A DNA stretch of 64,000 bases, taken from Verrucomicrobiota bacterium. Lineage in GTDB: Bacteria > Verrucomicrobiota > Verrucomicrobiia > Limisphaerales > AAA164-E04. Numbering within the stretch: the stretch's first letter is position 1; each line of letters begins with the position of its first letter. The stretch spans positions 5,248,001-5,312,000 of the forward strand of contig CP170459.1 of assembly GCA_047947115.1 (NCBI GenBank), given 5' to 3'. The notes under the pieces were generated by a model, which saw only the letters and a program-made list of their open reading frames with translations, searched no databases and was not told the origin of the DNA. The position numbers and the translations under genes are program-made. This document shows positions 40,301-49,554 of the stretch, piece by piece.

Positions 40301-40508
40301 GGTAGAACGTGCCGTCCCTGGCGCGTCCCTCATGGTGTCCGAACTGGTATCACCTCCCGCTTGGGGAAGCCTTCAGCTCTCCGAGCCCCACAGCCTGACC
40401 AATGTAAACGCAAAGAGGATTTGTCGTTCATGTGCGAATGGCTTTCCCTTCAGCAACATTCTGGAGCATGCAGGCCACAAGGGGCGGACCGGGACGGTCC
40501 GATCTACC
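40301..40508. mobile_element. 208-bp REPIN/MITE-like element bounded by inverted GGTAGA REPs
   Basis: Left GGTAGAACGTGCCGTCCCTGGCGCGTCC; right arm reverse complement GGTAGATCGGACCGTCCCGGTCCGCCCC; left 72 nt also present at 12673. Confidence 0.6.
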
Positions 40509-40594
40509 TGCAGCATCCCTATGCATTATCACCTCCACCCGATAACTTCATCGACAGACGGTGAATTTTCGCTAACCTCATAAAAAATTAAATT

Positions 40595-40879
40595 ATGGCC
40601 AAAGGAGAAGTCAGTTGGAAAGGCACGTTCGAAGACGGCAGGAAACGCCAGGTCTATGCCAAAAAAGTGGGAAATGACTGGCGTTTCTACGAGCGCGAAA
40701 AACGCTATGACGAATGGGATCCACTGCCCAAACCTCCCTTTGACGACTGGATGCAACTGATGGATGGCGTCGACCGTCGCGTCAGCCGTCGCCTGCTTCA
40801 ACCACAGGATGCCCAAAAACTCAGACAAAAGATCAAGGAACTTTATCCCGAGGCAGACGTGCCCAAGTGGAAAGCCTGA
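40595..40879 (+). CDS. hypothetical protein
   Basis: 94 aa, ATG after an AT-rich leader, typical codon usage. Confidence 0.75.
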   Translation: MAKGEVSWKGTFEDGRKRQVYAKKVGNDWRFYEREKRYDEWDPLPKPPFDDWMQLMDGVDRRVSRRLLQPQDAQKLRQKIKELYPEADVPKWKA

Positions 40880-40934
40880 TCCCCTGAACATGCCCGGCAT
40901 CCCTAATCCTACAGGATGCCCCCCTTTTTAAAAA

Positions 40935-41948
40935 GTGCCAGTCAGATCACCAAAAATCTCGGTCATCCTTCCGGTTTACAACGCTGAATCCACCATTCTG
41001 ACCGCTGTTGACTCCATCCTGAACGGACATTTCAAACAAATTGAAGTCATTGTTGCCGACGACGGATCGAGCGATCGAACCCTTCAGAAACTTGAGACCA
41101 TCCGGGATCCGCGTCTCCGTATCCTGAAAGGAACCCACCAGGGAGTTGCCGCAACGGCCAACCGCGCGGCATCTGAAGCCCAGGCCGAATGGGTGGCCAG
41201 AATGGATGCGGATGACATTGCGCACTCCCATCGACTCAAAAGCCAATGGCAATACGCTCAACGAACCGGATGCAACCTGGTCAGTGGTTGGATCCGCATT
41301 GTGGACTTGAAGGGAAAGCCGGTGAAAAACATGCAGCGTTATGAAAACTGGCTGAACAGCCTCACCCACCATGAACGCATCATGGCCAGCCGTTTCATCG
41401 AACTACCCCTGCCCAATCCGAGCATCCTGGCCAAGCGATCCTTTTTCCTAAACGGATGTCACAAAGGCCCATTCCCCGAGGACTATGATCATTGGTTGAC
41501 CATCCTCTCGAAACCCCAAGTCCAAGCAGGCAAAGTAAGATCCACCATCCTTGACTGGCGCGATCACCCAAGAAGCCTGACCCGGAGCGATCGACGTTAT
41601 AGCGAACAAGCCTTCACCGACTGCAAACGAACCCACCTGCTCAAAGGCCCTTTGAAGCGAAGAAAAAAAGTGGCGCTCTGGGGAGCCGGACAAACAGGCA
41701 AACCATGGTTGCGATGGCTCCTGGAAGAGGGGTTCCATGTTCCATACGTCGTGGATGTCTCCCCAAAGAAGATCGGACAAACCATCCACGGCGTGACCGT
41801 CATCGCACCGGAAGAACTCCCCTCCCCATCCAAAAGCAATCCCACCCTATTGGGAGCCGTCGGAGCGGCAGGAGCGCGAGAGCAGATCAAAACTTTCCTG
41901 AACTCCAGGGGATATGATGCGGATTCGGACATCCTCTTTGTGGCTTGA
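40935..41948 (+). CDS. glycosyltransferase family 2 with C-terminal Rossmann-like domain
   Basis: ISVILPVYN, DDGSSD, RMDADD, EDYD; C-terminal LWGAGQTGK. Confidence 0.9.
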   Translation: MPVRSPKISVILPVYNAESTILTAVDSILNGHFKQIEVIVADDGSSDRTLQKLETIRDPRLRILKGTHQGVAATANRAASEAQAEWVARMDADDIAHSHRLKSQWQYAQRTGCNLVSGWIRIVDLKGKPVKNMQRYENWLNSLTHHERIMASRFIELPLPNPSILAKRSFFLNGCHKGPFPEDYDHWLTILSKPQVQAGKVRSTILDWRDHPRSLTRSDRRYSEQAFTDCKRTHLLKGPLKRRKKVALWGAGQTGKPWLRWLLEEGFHVPYVVDVSPKKIGQTIHGVTVIAPEELPSPSKSNPTLLGAVGAAGAREQIKTFLNSRGYDADSDILFVA

Positions 41949-41963
41949 CCTCATTGAAAACAA

Positions 41964-42131
41964 TTAACGTTTCAACATCCCGATGATCCATTTTGCTCGT
42001 GAGCTGACCAGTGGATCTTTGACTTTTGTCGCAGCCTGTAGAGCAGGCAACACCTGTCCGTTATGTTTCCCGAAGCTCATCAATGCCGTGATGGCTTTCT
42101 GGCGATGTGCTGTTGAAGGATGATCCAGAAA
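41964..42131 (-). pseudogene. 3' remnant of a HEAT/PBS-lyase repeat gene
   Basis: Minus frame reads FLDHPSTAHRQKAITALMSFGKHNGQVLPALQAATKVKDPLVSSRAKWIIGMLKR-TAA; bounded upstream by in-frame TGA (42132-42134) with no start for the full fragment. Confidence 0.5.
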
Positions 42132-42199
42132 TCACACCACCGATCATACCACAAATTAAAAACCATTTCATCAGCATTCATCTTGCTGATTAAACGCCG

Positions 42200-42300
42200 T
42201 TTTCAAATTTTTTATAACTTAATAAAACCTATTTTATATTTTTTTTATTTACTTTAATCCTACTTTTTCAATTGACATTAAGTTTCCAAACAAACAAGTT
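42200..42300 (+). promoter_or_regulatory. AT-rich sigma70-like promoter of the orphan cassette
   Basis: TTGACA at 42272-42277, 17-nt spacer, weak -10 CAAGTT; preceded by T-tracts (line 42241-42300 is 13/60 GC). Confidence 0.5.
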
Positions 42301-42309
42301 CCACGAAAT

Positions 42310-42957
42310 ATGAAATCCATTTTATTATTCATTTTTTCATGCATTACAGTCTGCATAAACTGCCTTTCGCAGACTCAAGCTGAAATCGACGCCATCGATA
42401 AACGATACTTAAACTCGATAGAACTCCAACCGAAATGCATTAACATTTCTTTTAACTACCCGACTGGAGCGGCATCCCAAACAAACGCAATCCTTACAAG
42501 GTTCTATTTTCTAGAATATGGTTTGGATGGTTACGGCGATGAATACTCCTACTGGACCACAGAAAACCGGGGGCCTGCTATTGAATTAGTGTCAAGATTT
42601 GAAGCAGCAAACCGTTGGGTAACTGCAGAAATCCTGGTATTTGCTGCGGCTTACAAAACATGCGCATATAGTGCAGCTAGCTCCTATTGGGCTAACGCAA
42701 TATGGTGCCTTGCTGACGGAGTGCTCTCAGACCAAGAAGCACGTGACGAATGTGTCGCCAGGGAATGGGAAATCTACAACCAATCTATTGACCATTGCCT
42801 CGATACGTTCCTAAGCCGAGTGGTTAGGACTCAAAAAGGAGCCGTCGCTTCATACGATTCAGCTATCGAAGCATATGCTGGTTGTGATCTATTACCAGGT
42901 TTGCTTGATTTATGGGAAACCAACTTCTACGACCTTCCAAGAAAGGCTAACCAATGA
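42310..42957 (+). CDS. secreted cysteine-ladder protein, hypothetical
   Basis: 215 aa, signal-like N-terminus, C-x14-C-x14-C-x14-C-x28-C; AT-richer codons than flanks. Confidence 0.75.
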   Translation: MKSILLFIFSCITVCINCLSQTQAEIDAIDKRYLNSIELQPKCINISFNYPTGAASQTNAILTRFYFLEYGLDGYGDEYSYWTTENRGPAIELVSRFEAANRWVTAEILVFAAAYKTCAYSAASSYWANAIWCLADGVLSDQEARDECVAREWEIYNQSIDHCLDTFLSRVVRTQKGAVASYDSAIEAYAGCDLLPGLLDLWETNFYDLPRKANQ

Positions 42958-43499
42958 TTCGATTTAGAAACATTTTTGCAATAGCAACTGTTTTTATGAT
43001 CGTCATATCCTATGGTATTTACACAAGAGTTAAGAATCTTGGCCGCCCGGATACATTCATTACGGTCCCCTCAACGCCAAACAATAAAAACGATAAAGAC
43101 ACTAAAACCGGGGCAACTCCCCTTACAACGGAATCGATCGTTTCTATAAGGGCAGAAGCACATTCAGCAACTGCAAGTCCCGCCGAAAAATGGCAACCCA
43201 AAGAACCACGTCACATAAATCAAGAAGCACAAGAAGCGTTTACCGTGTTCACACGCAACTTTACAGAAGAGGATTGGCTCGAACTTGAATCAGCGACGAA
43301 CGAACGCGTAAGTGATATATTTGACATGGCTGCTTCCGGTGAAGCTCTTGAAGCTTGGGATTCTCTACCTGATCATTTACAAATAAAGACACTAGAATCC
43401 ACAGCAGTTACCGTTGCAGCTGAGATGCAGGCTCAAAACACCTTTTCAAGTCCCATTGTGATTACAGCCCCAGCCACCGGAGATGTCATTGAATTCTGA
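42954..43499 (+). CDS. membrane-anchored acidic protein, hypothetical
   Basis: 181 aa, N-terminal TM helix, Thr/Pro linker, acidic helical C-terminus; ATGA overlap with upstream gene. Confidence 0.75.
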   Translation: MIRFRNIFAIATVFMIVISYGIYTRVKNLGRPDTFITVPSTPNNKNDKDTKTGATPLTTESIVSIRAEAHSATASPAEKWQPKEPRHINQEAQEAFTVFTRNFTEEDWLELESATNERVSDIFDMAASGEALEAWDSLPDHLQIKTLESTAVTVAAEMQAQNTFSSPIVITAPATGDVIEF

Positions 43500-43639
43500 A
43501 CCTATGTGAGAATGGACAATATAAGCAACTCACCATCAAAACCTGTACCACTGAACAATGTGCAACCTCGATCTGCACGCCTTTTCAACGACTTTAGTTG
43601 AATTGTAAGAGCAGATATCCATCCAAAAGTTTATGCATC

Positions 43640-44728
43640 TCACTTTTGACTCTCAAGCCACTGCACTTGCCCCTGAGACACTTGCCAGCGAGTCAGTCGT
43701 CGCCCCAATTCGCGTGGCCAGTTTTCTTCGGTGCAGGTCATGAAGACCTGGCCTCGGGCGTGGTGGGCTCGTTCCAGGAGGGGGAGTAGTCCGCTGCGGC
43801 GTTCGCGGTCGAGTTCGCCCATGACGTCGTCGATCAGGAGGACGGGGGGATAGCCGACGATGCCGGTCAGGTATTCGGCCTGGGCCATTTTCAAAGCCAG
43901 GGCGAGGGTGCGTTTCTGGCCTTCGCTGCCGAATTGGGAAGCAAGGTTGTCGTTCAATTTCAGTGAGAGATCATCACGATGCGGGCCGATCAGGGTGGAA
44001 CGGTATTGGCGATCGCGATCCATGTTCTTCTTTAATTCTTCGGCAAAATCAGATTGAACCGTCGGTTTGTAAACCATCATGAGTTCTTCCGCATCGGCAG
44101 AAATCCGGCGGTAGGCCAATCGGGCCAGCGGGGACAGTTTGGGGATGAGCTGTCTGCGGGCATCGATCAGGGCCTGACCATATTTGACGAGCTCACGTGA
44201 AAAGGAGTCCAGCACGTTGAGGTCGGGACGGTATTGCTTGAGCAGGGCGTTGCGCGAGCGCAGTACTTTCGCGTACTGTTGCAAATACTGAAGGTAGGTC
44301 GGTTGTGTCTGCGCCAGCAGCAGATCCATGAATCGACGACGGATTCTGGGGGCTCCCTTGACCAGTTGCAGGTCTTCCGTGCAGAACACCACCGCACGCA
44401 GGGTTCCAAAAAAATCGGACAGACGCTTGACCGGGTCCTGGTTCAAGGTCAGTTTGCGTTCCCGCATGGACCAGTAATACTTGATGGTGTCGGACTGGGA
44501 ACCGATGATTTCGGCCCCCACGAAAAACCCCTTCTGTCCCTGCCGAATCATCTGAGCCGCCCCCACCCCACGAAAGGATCGGAGAGTGGCGAGCAGGTAA
44601 ATGGATTCGAGAATGTTGGTCTTGCCCTGAGCGTTCTTCCCCAGCAACAGGTGGAATCCCGGCTCGAACTTCATGTCCAATCGCCGGTAATTCCGAAAAT
44701 CTCTTAATCTTAATGTTGCCAGGTGCAT
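43640..44728 (-). CDS. recF: DNA replication/repair protein RecF
   Basis: FRNY, GKNAQGKTN, RRRFMD, GPHRDD, GSEGQKR, LLIDDVMGELD. Confidence 0.95.
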   Translation of the reverse strand: MHLATLRLRDFRNYRRLDMKFEPGFHLLLGKNAQGKTNILESIYLLATLRSFRGVGAAQMIRQGQKGFFVGAEIIGSQSDTIKYYWSMRERKLTLNQDPVKRLSDFFGTLRAVVFCTEDLQLVKGAPRIRRRFMDLLLAQTQPTYLQYLQQYAKVLRSRNALLKQYRPDLNVLDSFSRELVKYGQALIDARRQLIPKLSPLARLAYRRISADAEELMMVYKPTVQSDFAEELKKNMDRDRQYRSTLIGPHRDDLSLKLNDNLASQFGSEGQKRTLALALKMAQAEYLTGIVGYPPVLLIDDVMGELDRERRSGLLPLLERAHHARGQVFMTCTEENWPRELGRRLTRWQVSQGQVQWLESQK

Positions 44729-44788
44729 GCCCGAAAAGCCTCAGGAGGCAGGACCAAGCATCCCGAATGTGGGAGGGTTTGTTCAATC

Positions 44789-47700
44789 CTATTTTTGTAT
44801 GTATGCAAACAGATCGGCGATCTGCTGAGCAGACAGGGTGTCTAGCAATCCCTCGGGCATGATGGAAACCGGTGAATGCACCCGCTCGGCGATGTCCGTT
44901 TCGGCAAGAACGGTCAGGTTGCCCGCGAGATCTTTGATACTAACTGATCCGCCTTCCATGGCCGTGATGAACCCGGTCAATAATGCACCTTCCGATTCGC
45001 CTGCTTTGGGACGCAGCGTCACCGTCACCAGTTCATATTCTTCACGCACCGCAAGGCTCGGATCAATGATGGCGGGGAGTAGAAACTCCAGATTACTGCG
45101 CTCATAACCGGTCAGTTCCGGCCCGATCTGTCGTCCTGCCCCATGCAACACATGGCAAAGTCCGCACACCTGTTGAAACAATTCCTTCCCGGCTTCCGGA
45201 TTCCCGGAATGCCCGCTCAAAATCTGACTCACCTCGCTGATGCGTTTGCTCTTATCCTCTTCGGGCTGCCTCAGGTTGCCCCAGATGGAACGAATGCTTT
45301 CCGACAACTCAGGATCTTTACGCTGCTGAAGAACCACCAGAACATCGAAAGGAAAATGTTCTTTCTTCAGCTTGCCTTCCCCAACATATGCCAACATTTT
45401 TCGAGCCCAATCGGTTCGACCGGACAGCACCGACTGGGCGGTCTGCCGAAGGTCGCCGCTCAATCGCGGCAGTGCTGCCAACAGCACACCAGGGATTTGT
45501 TCCTGATCGAATCGACGCAACCCGTTGAGCGCACTCAAGCGGATGGCATCCTCTGTTGAGGCACTCGTCACCAATTCCAGAAAAGCCGCTACCGAAGCCT
45601 CATCACCCAGTTCCGACAAACGAGCAATCATGGAAGCACGAACCTGTGCATCCGTTTGAGGATCGTTCACCATGTCACGAGCGGTTTCGAAAGCTGTTTT
45701 GCTTCCAATACGCAAACCAAAGCCCACCCAATCCGGATCGGAACCAAAGCGACCAGTCACCTGCTTGAGTGCGGCATCCAAGGAGGCGGGTAACACTTCC
45801 AGACGGGATCCCTGTAGTGCGAGTTCCATCCCCTTCAGCAGGGCCGACACCGCGTCCCGATCCGGAGAACGCGCGAGAAGTCTAGCGCAAATATCGAGGC
45901 TTTCGGGCTTTTGTTCAGCAGTCAATCGACGCCCGATCCGCTCAAGCAATGTGGTCCGAAGCAAGGCAAACTGCCAATCTTCAGCGCGATTCAACAGGTC
46001 GAGCACGCCCTCGGGTCGCTGCCGGATCTGGGCTTCCAAAGCCCACCAGACCTGCTGTGGAATATAGGCGTCAGCCGTCCACTCATTACGTTGATAGAGT
46101 GCCCGCACCAAGGGGTAACCCTGAGTTTCGGGCAATCGCTGGGCACTGGCCGCCAATTGGGAAATGACTTCCGGATGCTCATCGTTTCGGGCAAGATCCA
46201 ACATGGATTCATACACGGGCGCACTCAGTGTTTCACCTTGATCGGCCGCGAGTCGGGCTCCCCAGATGCGGACGTATGGATCGGGATGACGAAGGGCATT
46301 GACCGTGGTCAGTCCATCCCGTTCACCAAGCTGTTCCAAAGTCCAGAGAGCTTCCAGAGCCGCCTGGGATGATGCGTTGCTAAGCCTTTCCCGCAACAAA
46401 GGGACGACGGACTCTTCTTTACGCTGTTTCAACAATCGACGAGACGTTGCCCGCACCCATTGGTTGGAGTGTGATTGCAGGGCCACCAACTCGACACTGT
46501 CTGTTTTATTTAAATCCCAACGATACCCGGGCTTGTGCTCTGAATCGCGTAGGCGATAAATGCGGCCTCGTTCGCGGTCCCAGTTGTCTCGTGGATCCAC
46601 ATGGGTGATGCGTGCGTCGTACCAATCGGACAGGTAAATCGCGCCGTCAGGACCAATGGCCGTATGAACCGGGCGAAACCATTTGTCGTCCGTGTGAACA
46701 GGCTTCTCAATTTCAACCGTTTTAAAGGTGCTTCCATCACGGAAAATTTCCAATGCATGCACTTTGTTTCCAAGCGAGTTCCCTCCAACAAAATGCCCCT
46801 GCAAAGAAGGGATGGCCTCGCTTTCATACAGCACCCATTGATGAACGAGGCGCACTTTTTCTCCCTCGATGGGTAGCCCGAAAAAATGTCCATACGTGTA
46901 AGGATTGGTATGTGGGCCGTGTTTGCCAAAGGATTTTTGATAATAACCACCCTGCACGAAATAAACGGACTGAAGGTTTCCATTGGTGCCTGAATAAACC
47001 CTGCCCTTGCTGTCGAAATCCACGCCAAAGGTATTCCACCCCCCCTCGGCAAACAGTTCAAACCGACGATCACCCGGCTGATAACGCCAGATGTTTTGAC
47101 CGAAGAATGTGTGCACCTCTTTGGAACCGCTGAGCTCGGCTTTGATCCGGGCGGTTACCGTACTGCCGGTGGCGCCATAAAGCCAGCCGTCTGGGCCCCA
47201 TTTCAAACTGTTGGAAATCGAGTGCGTGTCCTCCAACCCGAAACCCGAAAGATGCACCTCGGGCGGGCCGTCGGGTTTGTCGTCATGATTGCGATCCGGA
47301 TAAAACAAAAGATAAGGGGGATGCATCACCCAAACTCCATCCTTATCGAAGGCCAGTGAGGTGCACATGTTCAGGCCATCCAGGAAGGTTTTGTGAGTAT
47401 CAAACTCGCCGTCCCCATCGGTGTCCTCGTGGATGGTGATTTTGTCCGCGCCAATAAATTTCTGATGCTCCGGTTTTGTAAAAGGAGGCGGTGGCGGAAC
47501 CGCGTCGAACACTTTGCGCAGGTGATTGTCCCAGGTCAGCACCTCCAGTCCGGCGGGATTCGGATATTGAATATACTGAACCACCCACAAACGGCCGCGC
47601 TCGTCGAAATCAACAAACAACGGCTGCCGAACTTCGGGCTCGGTCAATACCGTATCGATAACCAGACCATCGGAAAGCTTCAACGCCTCACGCGCTTGCT

Positions 47701-49246
47701 CCGGTGGCAGAGGGGCTCCTTTGTCAGCGGTCAATGCATAGGGATTGGTGTTCCCCTTGTAACGATCATATACCTCCTGGATACGCCGCTGCCTTCCCCC
47801 AATATCAGCGGGCACCACTCCCCGATAGCTGGCAAAACCTGGACCGGTCAGAGCTCGAAAGGCTTCAACATCATTCAAAGCTGCTTCGCTTCCGAAGGCG
47901 TGATCCCATTGGGCCCATGACGGAGCATCACCGGCACGAAACATCCAGACACCTTGTAAATCAATGGCATCATCCCGTCGGCTGAGATGGATGGGGCCTT
48001 TCAGTATCCCCCCCTGCCCTCCTTTGTCGTAAACGCGCCAGGCAATCAGGTTTTCCTCACCGAAACGAACCCAATCCGGATCTATCACAAACGGCCTTCG
48101 GATACTGCTCGAGGGATCGCCATACAAGGGGGGCATGGAACCGTTGGCACCGATTTTGGTTCCGTTGAAGAATCCTTCATCCACGTTCTCCACTTGATCC
48201 GCCACCAACAGCAAGCGACTGCCTTTCCATTCCTCGGGAACATGCACATAAGCCCGATACCATGCAAAGCCATCATGGTCCTTAAACGCCCCGCTCGGAT
48301 GCGATTCCCAATCTCCGGGAACCGGCATAGGCACCCATCCATTCATGGACGCTGAGGGATCATATTCTTCGGTCATGCCTTCGTGCAGCAAGGCATTGGG
48401 AACCTCCCGCTCAGCAGCCCAATAGACGGCGTTCAACAACAAACGACGAAACGGCTGGATCTTAAAATCTCGGGGATTGCCAAGGGACGTATAAAACACA
48501 CGACCACCCCAGGAAGACGCATGTGTCCATGCAACAGGTTCTTCCACTCCCTTCCCTGCAATGATGCCATTCATGAGGATCGATGCGCGTGGCGACATGG
48601 ATCGGTTTTTATAAAGATGCGATGTCGAAATGAATGAAACCCGATCGATCCCCTTTAAGACCGGATGGCTTTTTTTGTCGTCGACCAACTGTATTTCGGA
48701 AGGCGGATCCAAGGGCGATTTGTTGCTGTAATGCCCCTGATAATGTCCTCCCAGAATGTCCCGGTCGAAGGTCTCCCAACGTCGATGGTCCGCATCGGGC
48801 GGTTCGCGGTCAAAAGCATGGCTCGCTGTGCGAATCCCCACCACCGCGCCTCCGCGCTGAATGAACTGCCGGATGGCGTCCATTTGATCGGCAGGCGGGG
48901 TTCGGCGACGCACACTGATCAGCAGCACGTCGGCATATTTCAAATCATCCAAGCCACCAAATTGATTCGAATCCTGTTCGGAAACATGCGCAAAGGTGCA
49001 AACCACTCCTCTGGGAACCAATTCCTGTTGAACGAACCGAGGCAACGTTCGCGCAGTCTCGTACTCTTGTTCACCGATCATGAACACCACATGCAGTCGA
49101 TTATCAGCATGTGAGGTAAAGGGAACAAGAGACAGGAAGGTGATCAGGCACCCGATCCAATACCGGGAGTACTGTCGCAGACAAACCGTCCGTAACCGGA
49201 GGAAAACATTCTCTATTCGCATATCGCAAAACTGGTTTGGGGTCAC
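44789..49246 (-). CDS. PVC-type heme-binding membrane-bound dehydrogenase with N-terminal ThuA-like and sugar-binding domains
   Basis: ThuA-like (GIRTASHAF, GRVFYTSLG), jelly-roll (VPGDWE, GFAWYR), propeller (DERGRLWV, WGPDGWLYG, GPDGAIY), HEAT repeats, CGLCH, SIMPEGL. Confidence 0.9.
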   Translation of the reverse strand: MTPNQFCDMRIENVFLRLRTVCLRQYSRYWIGCLITFLSLVPFTSHADNRLHVVFMIGEQEYETARTLPRFVQQELVPRGVVCTFAHVSEQDSNQFGGLDDLKYADVLLISVRRRTPPADQMDAIRQFIQRGGAVVGIRTASHAFDREPPDADHRRWETFDRDILGGHYQGHYSNKSPLDPPSEIQLVDDKKSHPVLKGIDRVSFISTSHLYKNRSMSPRASILMNGIIAGKGVEEPVAWTHASSWGGRVFYTSLGNPRDFKIQPFRRLLLNAVYWAAEREVPNALLHEGMTEEYDPSASMNGWVPMPVPGDWESHPSGAFKDHDGFAWYRAYVHVPEEWKGSRLLLVADQVENVDEGFFNGTKIGANGSMPPLYGDPSSSIRRPFVIDPDWVRFGEENLIAWRVYDKGGQGGILKGPIHLSRRDDAIDLQGVWMFRAGDAPSWAQWDHAFGSEAALNDVEAFRALTGPGFASYRGVVPADIGGRQRRIQEVYDRYKGNTNPYALTADKGAPLPPEQAREALKLSDGLVIDTVLTEPEVRQPLFVDFDERGRLWVVQYIQYPNPAGLEVLTWDNHLRKVFDAVPPPPPFTKPEHQKFIGADKITIHEDTDGDGEFDTHKTFLDGLNMCTSLAFDKDGVWVMHPPYLLFYPDRNHDDKPDGPPEVHLSGFGLEDTHSISNSLKWGPDGWLYGATGSTVTARIKAELSGSKEVHTFFGQNIWRYQPGDRRFELFAEGGWNTFGVDFDSKGRVYSGTNGNLQSVYFVQGGYYQKSFGKHGPHTNPYTYGHFFGLPIEGEKVRLVHQWVLYESEAIPSLQGHFVGGNSLGNKVHALEIFRDGSTFKTVEIEKPVHTDDKWFRPVHTAIGPDGAIYLSDWYDARITHVDPRDNWDRERGRIYRLRDSEHKPGYRWDLNKTDSVELVALQSHSNQWVRATSRRLLKQRKEESVVPLLRERLSNASSQAALEALWTLEQLGERDGLTTVNALRHPDPYVRIWGARLAADQGETLSAPVYESMLDLARNDEHPEVISQLAASAQRLPETQGYPLVRALYQRNEWTADAYIPQQVWWALEAQIRQRPEGVLDLLNRAEDWQFALLRTTLLERIGRRLTAEQKPESLDICARLLARSPDRDAVSALLKGMELALQGSRLEVLPASLDAALKQVTGRFGSDPDWVGFGLRIGSKTAFETARDMVNDPQTDAQVRASMIARLSELGDEASVAAFLELVTSASTEDAIRLSALNGLRRFDQEQIPGVLLAALPRLSGDLRQTAQSVLSGRTDWARKMLAYVGEGKLKKEHFPFDVLVVLQQRKDPELSESIRSIWGNLRQPEEDKSKRISEVSQILSGHSGNPEAGKELFQQVCGLCHVLHGAGRQIGPELTGYERSNLEFLLPAIIDPSLAVREEYELVTVTLRPKAGESEGALLTGFITAMEGGSVSIKDLAGNLTVLAETDIAERVHSPVSIMPEGLLDTLSAQQIADLFAYIQK

Positions 49247-49305
49247 GCGAAGAGCTTACGATATGGGACGGGATATCCAATTTATTTTTTTGGACAGGAT
49301 GAGGC

Positions 49306-49550
49306 GGTAGGGATCCCGATATGATCGGGACTGTGCGTCCGGTGGCGTGTCCGAATAGCGCAACAGGTATTCCTACTCTTACAGCGCGCTCGCGGACCCG
49401 CGGCAGCGGGTCCCTACCAATCAAGGCGCGTTGCGCCGGTAGGGATCCCGATATGATCGGGACTGCGCGTCCGGGGGCGTGTCCGAATAGCGCAACAGGT
49501 ATTCCTAGACATCCAGCGCGCTCGCGGACCCGCGGCAGCGGGTCCCTACC
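49306..49550. repeat. two tandem 113-bp REPIN-like units (132-bp period)
   Basis: GGTAGGGATCCCGATATGATCGGGA...GGACCCGCGGCAGCGGGTCCCTACC at 49306-49418 and 49438-49550. Confidence 0.9.
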
Positions 49551-49554
49551 TGGG

